The notes under the pieces are model-generated. The model did not search any database and had not been told where the DNA came from. It saw nothing but the letters and a program-made list of their open reading frames with translations. From Psammoneis japonica (Eukaryota), in NCBI GenBank assembly GCA_008632985.1, contig QPGO01000023.1, forward strand, positions 493,681 through 557,680: 64,000 nucleotides of DNA, given 5' to 3'. Both the position numbers and the translations under genes were made by a program. Below, piece by piece: positions 45,781 through 60,200 of this stretch. Numbering within the stretch: position 1 is the first letter of the stretch; each line of letters begins with the position of its first letter.

Positions 45781-47921
45781 ATGGGATGCCAACAGAGCAA
45801 GGCAGGTGAGGATCCATATGGCTCTCCCAGAGCTCAAGAACATCAGAAAACAGCGTCAGAAAAAGCAGTCAAGAAGTCTTCCTCAGGGCTTTCCCCGCTG
45901 TCGTCGTCTAAAAAGAAGAAATCTCGATCATCAGGCAACGCCTCTCTCTATTCACTTTTGCTCAATGCCGAAAAGAAGGATGATAAGTCTGAGTTCTGGC
46001 CGGAGGTGACTGCGCTCTGTCAGAAGAATCCCTCTCTGGCGACCTACCGTGATTCAAGCAGCGGTTCTTCTCCGCTGCATGTGGCGTGCAAAATTATTGA
46101 TTTGCACAACGGCGATACCAAGACAACCGCGACTCAGTTACATGCCATGCGAGCGCTCATACAGGCGGATGCTGAAGCTCTGTCTCATACCGACAAGAAT
46201 TCAAATCTCCCGTTGCACTATGCTATTGCACCTGCGAAAAAGTCAACAACAAGGGCTCCTTTGAACCGATGGAAAAAACGAGCGGCCGTGCTGAAACTCT
46301 TGATTGCCTCGGATTACGAAACGTCTCTGGAATACCTGAGTCGAAACGATGTCGTTTTTGACGAGACTGCAGGGGGCGTCACACCCCTCTATCATGCTCT
46401 TGATTCAGTTCCGGATGATTTTTCTTCTCCGGGTCCAACGGTGGATTACGTTGCAGCCATGCAAGGTAAGAACAATGCTGCATGCTGATTTTTTATTGAA
46501 GAGCTCGATAGTTTTGCACTCTTATGCTCTTATCATTACTTCTTATCGTCACTTTTTCTGATCCTGCAACTTTAGAATCGAATCCTCGCATGGTTGGCGT
46601 GGGCAATGCGTCGGACGGAGACAAACCTCTGGCTCTCTTGTACAGGAGATTTACTCGACAGTTTGACTTTTCGGAAAAGTTTTTTGCCGGTGACAATAGC
46701 CGAAGGGAAGTCGTGGAGCACCGGCGAGAATACAAGTGCGCTGCGGGCAATACGTGGAAGTTGATTGAATTGCTGCTGAGACCCGAAACTGTAAAGGGAA
46801 CGTGGAGAATTGTTCACCGAGCAGTCCAAGTTGATACTCCACCGGATTTGTTGCGTTATATCGTTGAAACCAATGCTGAAGATCTCACCAAGCCAGATGA
46901 GACGGGCAATCTTCCCTTGCACTATGCTGCCATGTCGAAACCGACAGCCGCACCCACAACAGACAAGACAGCGTCATTTCCGTCCTTTTACAGCAAGTAC
47001 GTCGTGGACGAATTGCTGTACAAATTCCCAGAAGGAGCTTCGATTCGGAACCGCAATGGCAAGTATCCTCTCGAGCTTGCGGTGGAAAGTGGAAAGCTCT
47101 TTATTGGTGGTGGCGTCAAGAGTTTGTATGACGCGTATCCTGCTGCTTTGGAAGCAGTCAATTTAGATGATCACCCCGTTTTGAAAAAGGCTCTAGAAGA
47201 TGATGCCCAGATGGAGACGGAAAGCGACGTGGGTGTCGAAGACGCTGTCCAAAAGGACGAACAGCACGATGCAATCATGTTGGTACAAAAGGAGGACGCG
47301 GCTGTGAGTGAGGTGGTAACCGCTATGTGGGCCTATGAGGAGGATGCGGGAGTACAAATGTTGGGATGCATGGCAATTTCTCGCATGGCAAAGTCTACAA
47401 ATCAATTTAATGGCGTTCTACGAATAGCGCTCTCTGCTGTAGCTGCAGCGGTAAACTCCATGAAGGCTCATCCCAACGAGGCAGCCGTGCAAGACAAGGC
47501 GTGTACAACACTCAAGTCCTTGGCTGGAGCTGACGGACAACGAGAAGTTTCCTTTGTTGCGCTCGGTGCAGTTGCCGCAATTGTCGGTGCCATGCAAGCA
47601 CACGTGAGTGATCCTGTAGTACAGGAAGAGGCGTGCGGAGCCATTGCTGAAATTGTTTCTGTTGGTGGGGCCGATCGCGCCACAATTGTAGGGAGTGTCA
47701 GTGGGCTCACCGCTATTGTCAACGCCATTGCCGCCCATCCCGAGGTGGAGGGTGTGCAGAGTCAAGGGTGTTTGGCATTGAAGCACATGACGGACTACCC
47801 ACGAGCCAACCTTCCCGACTTGCCGCGTTCTCAAACAGAGCCACTGCTACTTAGCGCCAAGAACAAGTTTCCAAAGTCTTGCGGTCCGACTGTGTCTGTG
47901 TTGCTCACTAGGCTAAAGTGA
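45781..47921 (+). CDS. Ankyrin-repeat plus armadillo-repeat protein with a likely N-myristoylation/palmitoylation start; intron from about 46465
   Basis: MGCQQSK start; SPLHVAC, LPLHYA and YPLELA ankyrin-like motifs; M.AH.....VQ..AC ARM-like repeats. Confidence 0.85.
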
Positions 47922-48292
47922 AGAGAGTCCTAGAATGAACGCGATTAATGTTTTACAGTGAAATTATGGAGTATCCCGTGCGTGGTTCGAGACAGTTGGA
48001 TAGTTGAACAGAAACATATAGAGATATCTATATAAACGAAACGGACAAGCATCTTTCAACACGCTTGTCGGCAAATCAATCAATGGCAAACCCGACATGC
48101 GCTTGATTGCTAGCCCTCTCCGTATCGCGCGCTGAAAACGAAACAGGTACTAGATGAATGGGTGTTTACTCACTGGCTGCAAAGGTTGAAGGGTGAGTAC
48201 TTGCCACTTCGGAGTTAGCGTTTTGATTGCTTATGGTAACATATTGATGATCATCTTCATGGCACTACTACTCTGTATATTAGTAGCTACTT

Positions 48293-50023
48293 CTACTGAA
48301 CTCTTGCATGCCAAGCTAACATGATCTGTCTGTCTGTGCCGCCAGGGATCTCGAAAGGAGCGTTGACGAAGGGCGACTTCGTATGGGAGACGATGCAGGG
48401 GCTCTCGATTGAAACGTCGACGAAGGGCGCCTCCACCACCACCTCGGCCTCGTCCATAGTGGTGTTGGCGACGTGGCAAGGGCTCTCGAACACCTCGCCC
48501 GTAGCAGGATCGCACACTTTCACCAAAGGACGATCCTGATTAACTTCGGGGTGCAACTGACTGTAGTTGACGAAGGGCGTCGTCACAACTTGGGCCTCGT
48601 TCATCTTGCATGGTTCGTTCTGATCATTGCATCGAGGGATTTCGAACAATTCGCCGGTGGCAGGATCCCGAACTCTGGTGGTCGTCAGAGACCGCTCTGC
48701 CTCTCTGGGAGGCTGACTGTTGTCGGGCACGCGGTAGAACCGAGTTTTGACAAAGGCCGGCTTCATCACCTGAGCCTTGTGGATTCTGTAGCCATTGCCG
48801 TCCGCAAGTAAGATTTTGAAATGGACGTCGCTGCCGGGTTTTGCGAACGCTGTTTCCACATAAGCCATGGCAACTGGCATGTTGAGACAGGGGCTGAACG
48901 CGGCCGACGTTACTTGACCTACAATGACGCTTCCCGTGGCATCGATTATTTCTGTGCGCTCTTCTGGGACCTCAGTCGTGCATGCAATGCCAACGAGCTT
49001 ACGTGTCGCCTTCTGAAGCCTGCCATCTTTTGTGAGGATACTATCTGCACCCAAGAATCCACCCTCTTGGCGTCTGCGACGTGAAATGGTCCAGCCCAAG
49101 CTAGCCTCGACAGGGTTCACTGATTCGCCCAGCTCCTTACCCTTCGCGCAGAGGCCTGCCTCAAGGCGGAGGGTGTTCAAAGCGGTCAAGCTACCTGGCA
49201 TCACGCTAGAGTCTTCCAAGAGCATGGATGCAGTCAAGACAGCTGTTTCGACAGTAGGAATATGAAGCTCAAAGCCATCCTCGCCTGTGAAGCCACAGCT
49301 ATGAGACGAAAGACAATGGAGTTAGTTCGTAAGTGGCGCTGTTATGCACGAATGACATGGCAAGTGCCAACGTTGTCGTCCTGTCCTTACCGAGCAACGC
49401 GACAAGCTTCCGTGCTGCCAAGGATAACAGTTTCCTTGCTGGACATGAATGCCATGTGTTCCAAGTTGAAATCCGATGGAAGTAGCTTCGCCATTGCAGA
49501 GGGCGAGCCGGGACCTTGTAGGGCCAAGATGGAGTGGTGAAAGTACTCCATTTCAACTTGGCCGCCAAACATTTCCAACTGCTTTTTGAAATGCTCTTCG
49601 TATCGGTCATGAGTAGTCATGACAAAGCAATCTCCGACATTTGTAATGATTGCATCGTCAATGATCCCGCCCGTTTCATTCGTCATGACGGACAAGATAC
49701 ATGTGCCATGTTTAAGAGAGGCAATGTCTCCTACAAGAATTCTCTCCAGGAACTCAACACAGTCTTTTCCACGCCAAGATACCTGTTTTTGAAAAACAAG
49801 TATCAAGAAAATATAAGATTTCGATTTCATGCGGGAAGCCATTTTGTTACTTTGTAACACGCAGGAGACATGGACATACCTGAATGAGAAAAGACAAATC
49901 AAAGAGCGCTGCTTTTCCTTCGGAGCGGCAGTGCAGGTGCTCTTGGATGGGTTGATCAAGGCCATCGCCAACAGATTTTCCCGCTAGCTTGGATAGGAAG
50001 GCTTCGTTTACTTCAAAGAACAT
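48293..50023 (-). CDS. Aminomethyltransferase (GcvT-like) paralogue with a repetitive C-terminal extension; two introns
   Basis: EHLHCRSEGKAALFDLS, GGIIDD, LALQGP, LNTLRLEAGLC..G, VGQVTS..FSPCL..PVAMAYV motifs; the tail has DPATGE.FE.P repeats. Confidence 0.85.
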
Positions 50024-50422
50024 TGTTCTGGTTTTTGTTTTAGCTCGTGCAAAAAGAATTTATGAGCGGTTGACGAAATCTTCGGGTGCGTGGACGAATG
50101 GAACGATCTGGTCGCTAAATTTGATGAGGTAGGAAAGCACGACTCGGTCGTCGCGAATTTGGAGCCGTCAATTTCTACAGAGCTTTGTACTTTACCACTC
50201 ATTCACGAAATAACTTCAATGTAGCACTTAGGAGACTGATGATCTTTCATATTTTTTTCTCCAACCCGAACAATGTCATTATCATCCAAAATTTTGAAAA
50301 ATTGAAATCGGAAATTCGACTGAAGACTCGGATTGACAGAACCACGCACGTCGTCGCGGTCTACGGGGTCTGCGGAGGCGGCGCGCTGTCACAAATCACT
50401 GATGTTAAAGCAGCGGCATCAC

Positions 50423-51255
50423 TGTCAAGATCGTCGACACCTTATTTCTATGCTGGGAAGGCGGCAACATCACGAAGATGGGGGCGGTTGACAAAGTGTG
50501 CGGGTCGAGATGTTGTGGAAATTCTGCTGAGCCGAAAGCTCTCACTCTGTTGCACGACCGATTGTCGCAGCTCTGTTCTGGAATCATCGAGACATTCGAG
50601 ACTGACTGAGCACTCAAAGTGCAAGATGTGGAGGTCGCAACATCAAAGCAATCACATCTCATGTGTTGCATTTGAAGTGTGTTGTTCTCAGTGTGCTCTC
50701 CCGCACTCGTGTCAGCAGCAGCTTTCTGCTGTTTTCGATGGGTTCCAGTCCCAGGTGGGACTCCATGTGACATTGGGCCTGCAGAATTCTACGTGCGAGC
50801 TCTGTGGCATTGACAGTTTGCCCGGGCACGTTCTTCAGACATTGAAGAATGCACCCAGTGTGTTTTCATTCTCACAAATGTTGAAAATGGAAAGCCTTTG
50901 GCTTTGCAAACAGGGAGCATGAAAAAATTTTGGAGAATGTGACATGCAGAAATGTGCACGCGTGACATGTGACGCGATCCAAAAAACCATTGATGTCACA
51001 GTGCAGCAGTGCGAGGTCCCACCCAGAGCTGCAACGTTTCTTTTGCGGAGCGCTTTCCAGACGAGACCAGAATGTGTGACGTGGGGATGCTGTCAAGGTG
51101 GATGGTTGCCAAATTGTGAGTTGACAGAGAACCACATGGCGCGACACTGGGTCAAGGCATCGATGAGCGGCACCAGCCATGTGGGGTCAATGCATCACTT
51201 TCCCGTCTTGCCCCAGTCTGTCAATGGACAGACCACATGGTGTGCTGTCGTCACA
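50423..51255 (-). repeat. 3' LTR (833 bp, TG...CA)
   Basis: Minus strand begins TGTGACGACA and ends TCTTGACA; 51081-51255 is directly repeated at 61248-61418. Confidence 0.75.
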
Positions 51256-51266
51256 TCCCTCCTTCC
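51256..51266 (-). other. Polypurine tract GGAAGGAGGGA
   Basis: Immediately precedes the TG of the 3' LTR on the minus strand. Confidence 0.75.
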
Positions 51267-52444
51267 AACAAGAGAGCCTCGCTTGGATGAAAAAGAGTGC
51301 AGACATCCTGTGGACTGTGTGAGAGGGGGTGTGATGGTCGCAGATGGCCCTCCTCCATGGAATCACACCCACGATTGGATCCATGACTGACTTGCTTTTT
51401 TGGAGATCAAGGAGCGCAGAGAGGTGGACGCAGAACCCGCCTTGCTCAGTGTGGCTTGGAACATGTCCCAGAACCCGGGTGAGGTCAGAGTTCTGTGACA
51501 ACATCCTTCATGTGTTGCTGCACTGTTGTCACGTGCTCAGTTCTGTGTGGCTGTCTGGTGTTGGAATCAAACCGGTGCATCCGTTGTGGCACCGTGCATG
51601 TGATTTTGGTGCACCTGCCTTGTCGCACCCAAGTCGGCAACCCTGGAGGGGACGGTCACTGGGACAGCCAATTTTGCCAGTGTTGCAACCCTTTTTCTTG
51701 GTGGCAAGGACCTGTGGCAACATGACAGTGGGTGCAAAGGCTTGCGGTGTGACGCATGAGCAGCAACAAATGAAAGCAGGTGGATGATTTGAACACACCA
51801 TGACTTCAACTCTGCTTGGCTTGAAAGTTGAGTGTTGCACTGGATGATGCACTAGAGAGCCAAGCCACTCTGATGGCACTCATCACATGTCTGACACCTT
51901 GAGGTTTAGCAGAGGGGCTTCTGTCTCCAGTTGTGCCCAACACGTCTCAGCAATGTGATGGGATTTTTTCGTTGACTTGTTGTTCTTTCTGTGCTTGACT
52001 TGAATCACTGAGAAGTCAAAAGGCCCTGCCACAAAATGTTCCGTGAGAGGGAACACAAGGGAGGCCACATGATGGATGATTTCTCTGATGCAATGACCCG
52101 CACTGCCTTCTTTGGGTTTGCCAGCACATGCATTGGAGGTTGGTTGTCGGCTCTCTGTTTCATCATGTTGGGCCAAAATCGACCATCCACTGAGGACTTT
52201 GTGTGAGCATCTTTCTTGAAAGTCTTGGTGCCACCATCTCATCATGCAAATGCCGTGTGTCACAGCATGGTGCAGATTGGATTTGGCCCAATCAACCTGG
52301 GCCATTTGAAGCACTGGAAGTTGATCAGTTTCTGGGTGGCAGGCGATGAAAAACATCTTGGTCAATGAACATGCTGTTGACTTGCAGAGTTTTCTGAAGA
52401 ACGTGGCAGTCTTGGGGTGAACCGTGCAGGCAATTGGGGGGGGG

Positions 52445-52499
52445 NNNNNNNNNNNNNNNNNNNNNNNNNNNNNNNNNNNNNNNNNNNNNNNNNNNNNNN
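52445..52499. other. Assembly gap (55 N)
   Basis: Run of N following a G homopolymer. Confidence 1.
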
Positions 52500-55400
52500 T
52501 CATCCACATCTTGGTTTGCTGCTTGCCATTCTTGCTCGTTGGTTCCTGCTGAGGTTGTGTTTTTGTTGTCCTCCAAAACAGAAGAATCATCAGAGTTGGG
52601 CGCAGGTCATCGCTCCACATGCTTCACATTGGTTCCCATGCCCATTTGGCATCTGGTTCTGCCTGTTTGTGACTCCCTCTGGGCAAAAACCCTGGCCACA
52701 GTTCCAGTGGGGCCTCCGCAAAATCTGAATTCATGCAGAAAAATTGCCATTGTAGAGGGCAATGGAGGCATTCTGGCCGCATTTTCTTTTCTGAATTGGC
52801 CTGGTCTGCCCAATCTGTGGATGAATGGCAGCTTTTGGAGTTCACACAAAATGGGGGTCACTTGTTTGACAACTTGGCATGGTCCACGTGCACTTGGAAC
52901 AGCACCTTTTCCGAGATGCCGCAAGAGCAATCTGATTTCACTTGCTTTTGCACCACTGCTGTGTCTCCAGGAGCAAACTTGCATTGCTTGATCCCTTCGT
53001 TCCGGAGCTTGATGTGTCGGTGGTGCCATTCCTCATTGAGGACAGTCAATGGGGGCTGTTGTTTGAAGATCAAGGGGCAATTGACTCAAAGTCATCCAGT
53101 GTTTGTTCCGGCATGGACGCCGAGTCATGCATGGCTGGGCCACAATGTTGAGTGGAAAAGGAAACTCTCTGAAGATGGCCACCAACAACCATGGAAGGGC
53201 TGCAGTGTTGGTGGGCGATGCACTCCACATGCACAGAGCAAAGCACACTGCCTGCTTCTGTTGCACCATGGATGAGGTGTTGGCTGCATTGATGCACACC
53301 ACCTTGTTGAGGCAATGATGGAAGTGCTCATTGCACACTGCTCAGTGGTTCTCTCTTGAGACAGGAGGTGCCAGTGTTCTCAACATTTCTGTCAATTGAA
53401 CAAACACTCCCATGAACAACAAGTCAGCATCCACAATGATCAATCGTGGAGGGAGGCCAGCAATGATGAAAAAATTTTGCCGTTGTGACATGTGCCATGG
53501 CTTTGGCCAAGAGCACCTCCTGAAAAAATCTGCAAAAGCAAAGCTCATTGCACTGTCCAGACAGGTGAGGATTTTAGTGTCACCAAGAAAGGTTGATGGT
53601 GCTTCACCAGGCATCCAAAAGTCTAAAAACACTGCTGACCAGGGTTCGTTGCAGGTGAGCAAATGGCAAATGCAGTTGCATCTGTGCCTCATGTGAGGAA
53701 CAGTTTGCCAGATTACAGTGTGCGCAACCCACAACACCTTCATGCAGGTCACAGAGCACACAGCATTCGAGTGATGCTGCTGTGGCCTGCAAACAGAGAC
53801 ACATGACATGCAACAATGACAACCCAGTGCAGAGGTGTGGAGGAATGCCTCAGACCCAAAGTTGACATGCTCTTGTTGACTTAGATTGTTCAAAATAATG
53901 TGTCAGTCCATCTTCCACCTCCAGCTGGTTCTTGACCAGAGTGGCACAGTGTCCGTTGTCTGGGAACACATGGTGTGATGGCTTGGTGATGTCAGCAGCC
54001 CATCGAAGCATGATGGCTAAATCATGGTCACTGCAGTCGCCTCTGCCATTGCTCATTGGACGGGAGCGGGAGGGTGGACACCGAGTGGAATGGTGTGGTG
54101 GGACAAGCTGGGATTGGCGCCGCCAGTTTGTCCCTGAGTCAACCAGCACCATGCACTGTGATGGGCATCTGCACAAAATAAATTTTGAACCACATGTGCA
54201 ATTGCTGCCACAGCTGGTGTGGCCTGCAGCTTTTGAATTGGCACATGGTCGGGTGGCGCCGCCATTTTCTGAGAATCCAAACAATTGAACTGCCTCGTGC
54301 AACCGCCTCGTGCAACCACACCGGTCCACACTTCAACTCAGCAGTGTCCCACATTGCAAAGAGTGCTTGGTGGAGTTGTTGTTTGTCATGGGGATGTGTG
54401 ATGCCAGGTGCCACCAGGCTTGTTGAAAGGCAGCACAGGCATCCGTCGAGTGGCCTGGTGGCCAACAGGGATTTGACAAACTGTCTGACCTTTGCTGAAT
54501 GATGGTGCTCCACAGCCACTGACCGCACCACAGATGAAGGTTTCAACACTGACAGATGTGCAGGGTCCAAGTGCTCATTGTCTCTTGTGCATTCGTCCAG
54601 ACAGTTGCTCATGGGTGCCGGATCCATTGCAGCATGTTCTGGGCAAAATGTTTGCATGCTGTGCTTGGCACCAACACTGTCATGCAGTGGTCCACCATTT
54701 CAATGGCACCACCTTGCTTGGTGTTCAAGCGTTCGAACACCCGAACATGCCAAGAGATGCCGTTTGCAGGTGGCTCTTGTTGGATGCACCAAGTTGGGTT
54801 GGGTGTGCAACCGAGGGACAAACAAGACTGCAGCTTGAAAAAACAGCCAAGCATGCAAGACCTTGACGTGTTCCAGCATTTCAGAACACCATGTCTGCTC
54901 TTTCGGGTTTTGCAAGCAGGCCGTGGGTTCTAATTCTGCCCACAGGAAAACTGCAACAAACCAGTCCATGCATCTGACTGTGAGGGCAGAGTGAAGCACT
55001 GCCTCAAAAAATTGGGGGCAGGCCATCAACCAATTTCAGTTGTGAGCATGTCTTCAAACTCAGTTGCCAATCAATGAGCACTTGTGCTGCCAGTTCAATC
55101 AACGCTGCCACGAATGCCTCTTGCAACGGAACAGCCACAGGGCCCAAACACACAACGGTGCAAGATGGGACCATTGCCCATGCCAATTGAGAGCTGTGCT
55201 GCCAAGAGGGGTGACCACGAACCTGAATCATCGGGAATGTGGAAAATGCAAAAGAACAGGTGAGAAAGGGATCTTGTGCCAGGATGTGACCTGAAGGAGT
55301 CAGTCCCAGGGATGACCGTTTCTCTTCAAGTTCCTCACTCATGACCGGCTGAATTGTGTCTTTCTGGTCTTCAAACATTCCAGGCTTTTCTTGTGGCTCT

Positions 55401-57120
55401 TGTTTGTCTTGGAGGTGAAGACACCAATCAGAAGCACTTCTGTTGTGCCTTGCAAGCACATTGCATTCTGCAACCATGTTTTGCTGGGTTGGTGTTTGCA
55501 TGTGAGTGCGCAAAGCAAAAGCTCCTGAAGCCACTGTTGCACTTGGCTGTCAGGAGGATTCGCCATGGGGTCCATGAACTCTTGCATGCTGTTCACATTG
55601 GACAGCAGGGTGAGTTTGCATCCCACCAGACACTTTTGCCACTTGGAGAAGACCCGACGTGGAACGGATGCCACTCCCACAAAAGAATGACATTTCTTTT
55701 CAGCCGCGGTGGTGGCTCATGAAAGAAACTGGATGGGTCGAAGGCGGATTCCCCTTTGCTGCAAGTCAAAGAAACAAGGCCCCCCTTGGACTTCTGCCAT
55801 TTCTGTCTCATGTGCCAGCAGGTCATCTGGGTCTGCTTGACATGGTGCCACCACCATGGCTTCCTTTGACCAGTCCATCTTGACATAAAATCAACAGTTG
55901 CAATCGGGGTGTGCCAAAATCAGGTCGGATGCAATGTTTTGCAGGAGGTCCTTGAACAGTTTCTGATGTTCAGCACACCACTTTGTGTGGAACAATTTGT
56001 GTTCTTCAGACATGGGGACCGAACCTGGCTTGGGAGCTTTGCGCTGCAATCTCAGAAATGGTTGGATGCATGTTTCGACATTGAACATTCAGTTCTGACA
56101 AAAGCTGCAGACACCAATCAGGATTCGAAGGTCCGTCCACATTGCTGGGATTGGCAGATGTCTGAACACATCTGGCTTGGAGAGAGCTGGAGAGCTTCAA
56201 TGTGGGTGCACATCCACCCTGATGAACTCAACACAGGGACACAAGAACTTGCACCTCTCAAGCTTGGCAGTTGCCCAGTGAAAAACAAGGACTTCGTGTG
56301 CCACCCGGAAATGAAAGATCAGTGGGTCAACGTCTGCTGCCCAGAGGAGAACATCGTCAATGACCATTTTGTTGCCACATTTGTCTGGACATGGAATGCA
56401 TTTTATGATGACCCCCACACTTGTTTCATGAGGTTGGGATGGTGGTTTGCCATGCGCTTGTTCCATGCTTTGCTGAGCGTGAGTGTCATGGCCATGAAAA
56501 TTGCACGGGCATTGATGAACCCCACTGGCAGGACTGTCCAATGGCATTTGCCGGTTGGTGTGAAGAGTGCAGTTTTGGCTTGTGACACCTCATCCAGCAC
56601 CACCTGCCAACAGCTGCAGTCCAGGTCAAATGTGAGGAATGCCTTTGCTTGAGGAGGTGTGTCTTGGACAGCATCGTCGCACCTTGGGACCGGAAAAGCA
56701 AAAGGTTGGGTGACTTGGTTCAATTGCCTGTGCGACACACACAAATGCCAAATGCAGTTGCACCATGGGACATGCTCTTGGTGTGCCTTTGCTGCCAGGA
56801 CCAACACAAGAGCTCCCCACGGCTCTCGTTTTCCAGCTTGGTCAATCCATTGTGATCAAATGTGACGCGAGCTTGTCCATTGCCTGGGCTTCATGGGGGG
56901 CACATCTCGGAGGTTTGCATCATGCCGGGGTGACCGTGCTGGCATCAATGTGGTGCAAGAATCCTTGAACATGCTTTCTCAGGCCTTCCTCACAAAAGCA
57001 ATCACAGCATTGCTCAATGATTGTGGACACCTCATCCTTGTGTTGCTCTGGGCACTCATGCCAGTGGATGTTGCGATCGAACTCAGGTTGGTGAATCACA
57101 GGGTTGAGTTTTTTTTTGTC

Positions 57121-57238
57121 TGTTTGTGGAGGTGAAGGTGCCTTGGATTGGTGCAGCAATCTGCCGAATTCCTTAAAGTCCGTTTGTGGAGGCAAAGGTG
57201 CCTCAGATTGGTGCAGCAATCTGCCAAATTCCTCAAAG
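57121..57238. repeat. 60-bp tandem duplication inside pol
   Basis: 57121-57180 and 57181-57238 are near-identical. Confidence 0.95.
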
Positions 57239-60200
57239 ACAAGCTCCATGCCATCCAACTGATCGGGGCAGTTGCACAGGTCCATGCATTGGGATGGGAG
57301 CCTGGGGCACCACATTTTCTTAGCGACTTGCACTGCTCCATGTGAATTGGGGGATGGCTGGTTGGGGACTGCTGGGCCCTTGGGGAATGTGTGCATTGGC
57401 TGGTCTTGTGCTTGGGCACTGTCAGACGGAAGAGAAATGCAAGTTAAAGATGCAGGTTTAAATGCAGGGGATGGGTGCGCATCAGGTGCAGAAAAGCAGA
57501 AGATGCACATGTGTTGACTGCAGATTCCAACTTTTCCACTGGACCCTGGTCAACCAATCACTGCAGGTCAACTGGAAAGACACAAGGTTTGGCTTGTTCC
57601 CACAGTTGGGGTTGGAACAGAGGGAGAGCAGGTGAATGCAAAGGAGACACACATGGAGCCAGAGGGTCCAACGTCAGAACCGGCGAATCTGCTGAATGTC
57701 ATTCTTGGCTGTCCATCTGGTTGCAAGAATGCTTCTTGGCAGGCAGCTTCTGGTCTTGCGCCGACTCTTTTGCTGACTCATGTGTCGACCTGTGAGACCA
57801 AGACTGTGGTGACAGATGGGAGAAAAAGGTTGACACTGTCACTGACCTGAAATGCTGTGTGATGGGCTGGTTCAAAATGCAATGGCGGGGGTGGACGATG
57901 CACAACTGACACTTTTGCCGCAGCTGGTGTGTTGGCTGTGTTGGTGACCTCGTCAATCACATCTTGCAGTGCTTGGAACTTTTTGTTGCGAAACGACAAA
58001 GGTTGTGCCGGGCATCATGTCATGACAATCTTTGCTGGTGCGTGGGGCTGACCAACCAGTTTAGATGTGAACACTGCATTGAGGCCATCTGCTGTCATTT
58101 TGCAGGTTGCCTGCCAGTTTCCCAGCATTTTGCTGGTGAAAAAATTATGTGGGAATTGTGCACAATTTCAAAAAAGAGATGAGGTTGGATCAAAAAATGC
58201 AACAGAGATGCACAAAATGCGACACAACATGACAAGCAACAATGGCAACCATGTGGGGATGAAAACAACATCCACACCAGTGTCAGGCATGCTGTGGCAA
58301 CAATGCAAACATGACAAGCAAAGTGCAGCTGATGCAATGTTTGTCTTGCTGGTGTCCATCTGGTGGCTCTGATTGATCATTCAAGATGATGCCATTGTCG
58401 TCAACATCCCACATTGTTGCTGCGCGTAATTCACACAGAAAATTGCAAAAAAGCCATGTTGACAACGGCCCTGAAATCAACCACAAACTGCATCCAGGGT
58501 CAACATGGGCGCACATCTGCACTTGTCACTCACCACAAGACATGTCTGATGCATTTTGTTGCACAAAAATTAGTCCATGGCATCACCGGCAGCATGCCAT
58601 TGTCAGCATTGAATGCTGCACAAAAAGCACGGGGACGATGGAAATCAACTCTTCTGTCGCATTTGTCTGTCTGTCACCCATTTGTTTCGTAGAATCTACG
58701 AGAAAGTTCCCACACATTTTACACTCTGTCCATGCTTCATCTGACACCTGTTTGTTCCTGACAACCATTTGTTCTGCGCGCAGTGTGGCTCAGAAAAAAC
58801 GGGCAACACATGGGTGGCTGGTTGTCCGGGTCATCTTCGCAGTCATGAGCGGACTCCTGTTGTGGACTTTGTGGGGCTGGTGGCGGCTTTGTGCCGGGCA
58901 ACTGCAGACCAGCCTTCTGGCATTTGGGTTTCAGTGATGCCTGGAAACATGCCTTGTGAGTGGCCACCATCGTCAACAGAGACAAGACAGCGGACACCAG
59001 TTCTGCCACATGACTGGAGGGGAACCCTTGCACTTCCCACTTTAGCTGGGTGTCACCAGGGATGGAAGCACAAGCAGCCACCAGGGCAGCTGTGGCAATG
59101 GCAGAAGCAGGTTGAGCCTGCTGCTGACTTGGGGATTGATGTGGGTTGGACCACCCATGCTGGGTAACACCCCTTGTTGCCATGGACTTCTTCCTTGCCT
59201 CAACAAATGCCGTGTGTGCTTTTCCTGTGAGGACTTGTGCTTGTGGGTCCAAACAACATGGGTGCTGATTCCAAATGTGTTCAAACCAACGTTCATGATT
59301 TTGAGGGTGCCCTGCACAGAGCCAGCACTCCAACAGAGGATGTGCTGAACCTGTGGCATTTTGCAAAGAGATGTTTCAGCTGCGCTGAGACAGATGCCCT
59401 CAGTGCCGGTTGCACGGAGATGCGCCGGTGGTGTGTCTGCAGAAGCAGCAACAAACAAATTGGCTTCATCTTGCACAACATTGTGCCATGTTCCTGGCAT
59501 CCAGTCTGCCTGTTGGACTTGAGCCGGTGACTCTGAAGGTCCCAAACAGTCTGCATCAGATGGAAGAGCCTTGAACACCTTGGCTGGGCCTTGAGTCAGG
59601 GCCTGAGTGACGCGAGACGGGCCTGACACTCGATTTGTTGCAGCTGACGTTCAAATGAAGCAGCTGCTGCATGTGCAGTTCACAGTCACACATTGGCCTG
59701 AGCATTGGCTTCATTTGCTGGTGCTGCTGGCATGTGATGTGGTGGCTCTTGAGAGTTTGCTTGTTGGTGCATGTCAGCCTTGAGACCCACCCAAAAGACC
59801 TGCGCCAAATCAATGGGGCAGTGCTCGGTGAGGTCGCACAAGCTTGCCAAATTTGTGAATTTGATGTGACACTGTTCCACCAAGAGCTCAACACATCCAC
59901 CAGCTGACGGATGAATTGGGCTTGTTTCAAGTTTTGGATTGCCGTCACAGTGCACAATGAATCTCGGACTGAGTCGCCCAGAAAATTGGCCCACAACAAG
60001 AAATGTGTGAAGCAAAATTGGCACTCACAAAAGCAATGCACAAAGCTGTTCCAAAAGTGGCGGCTGTCCAAACTAACCAACAGAGCACCATTTGGGCTTC
60101 CCAACTGTCCCAGGGTTGGAAAAGCACCTCCCAAATAAATGCACAAAGCAGCCAGGAATGGAGCTGGGTTGAGAAGCACATTTGCAGCAAACACTGTGGG

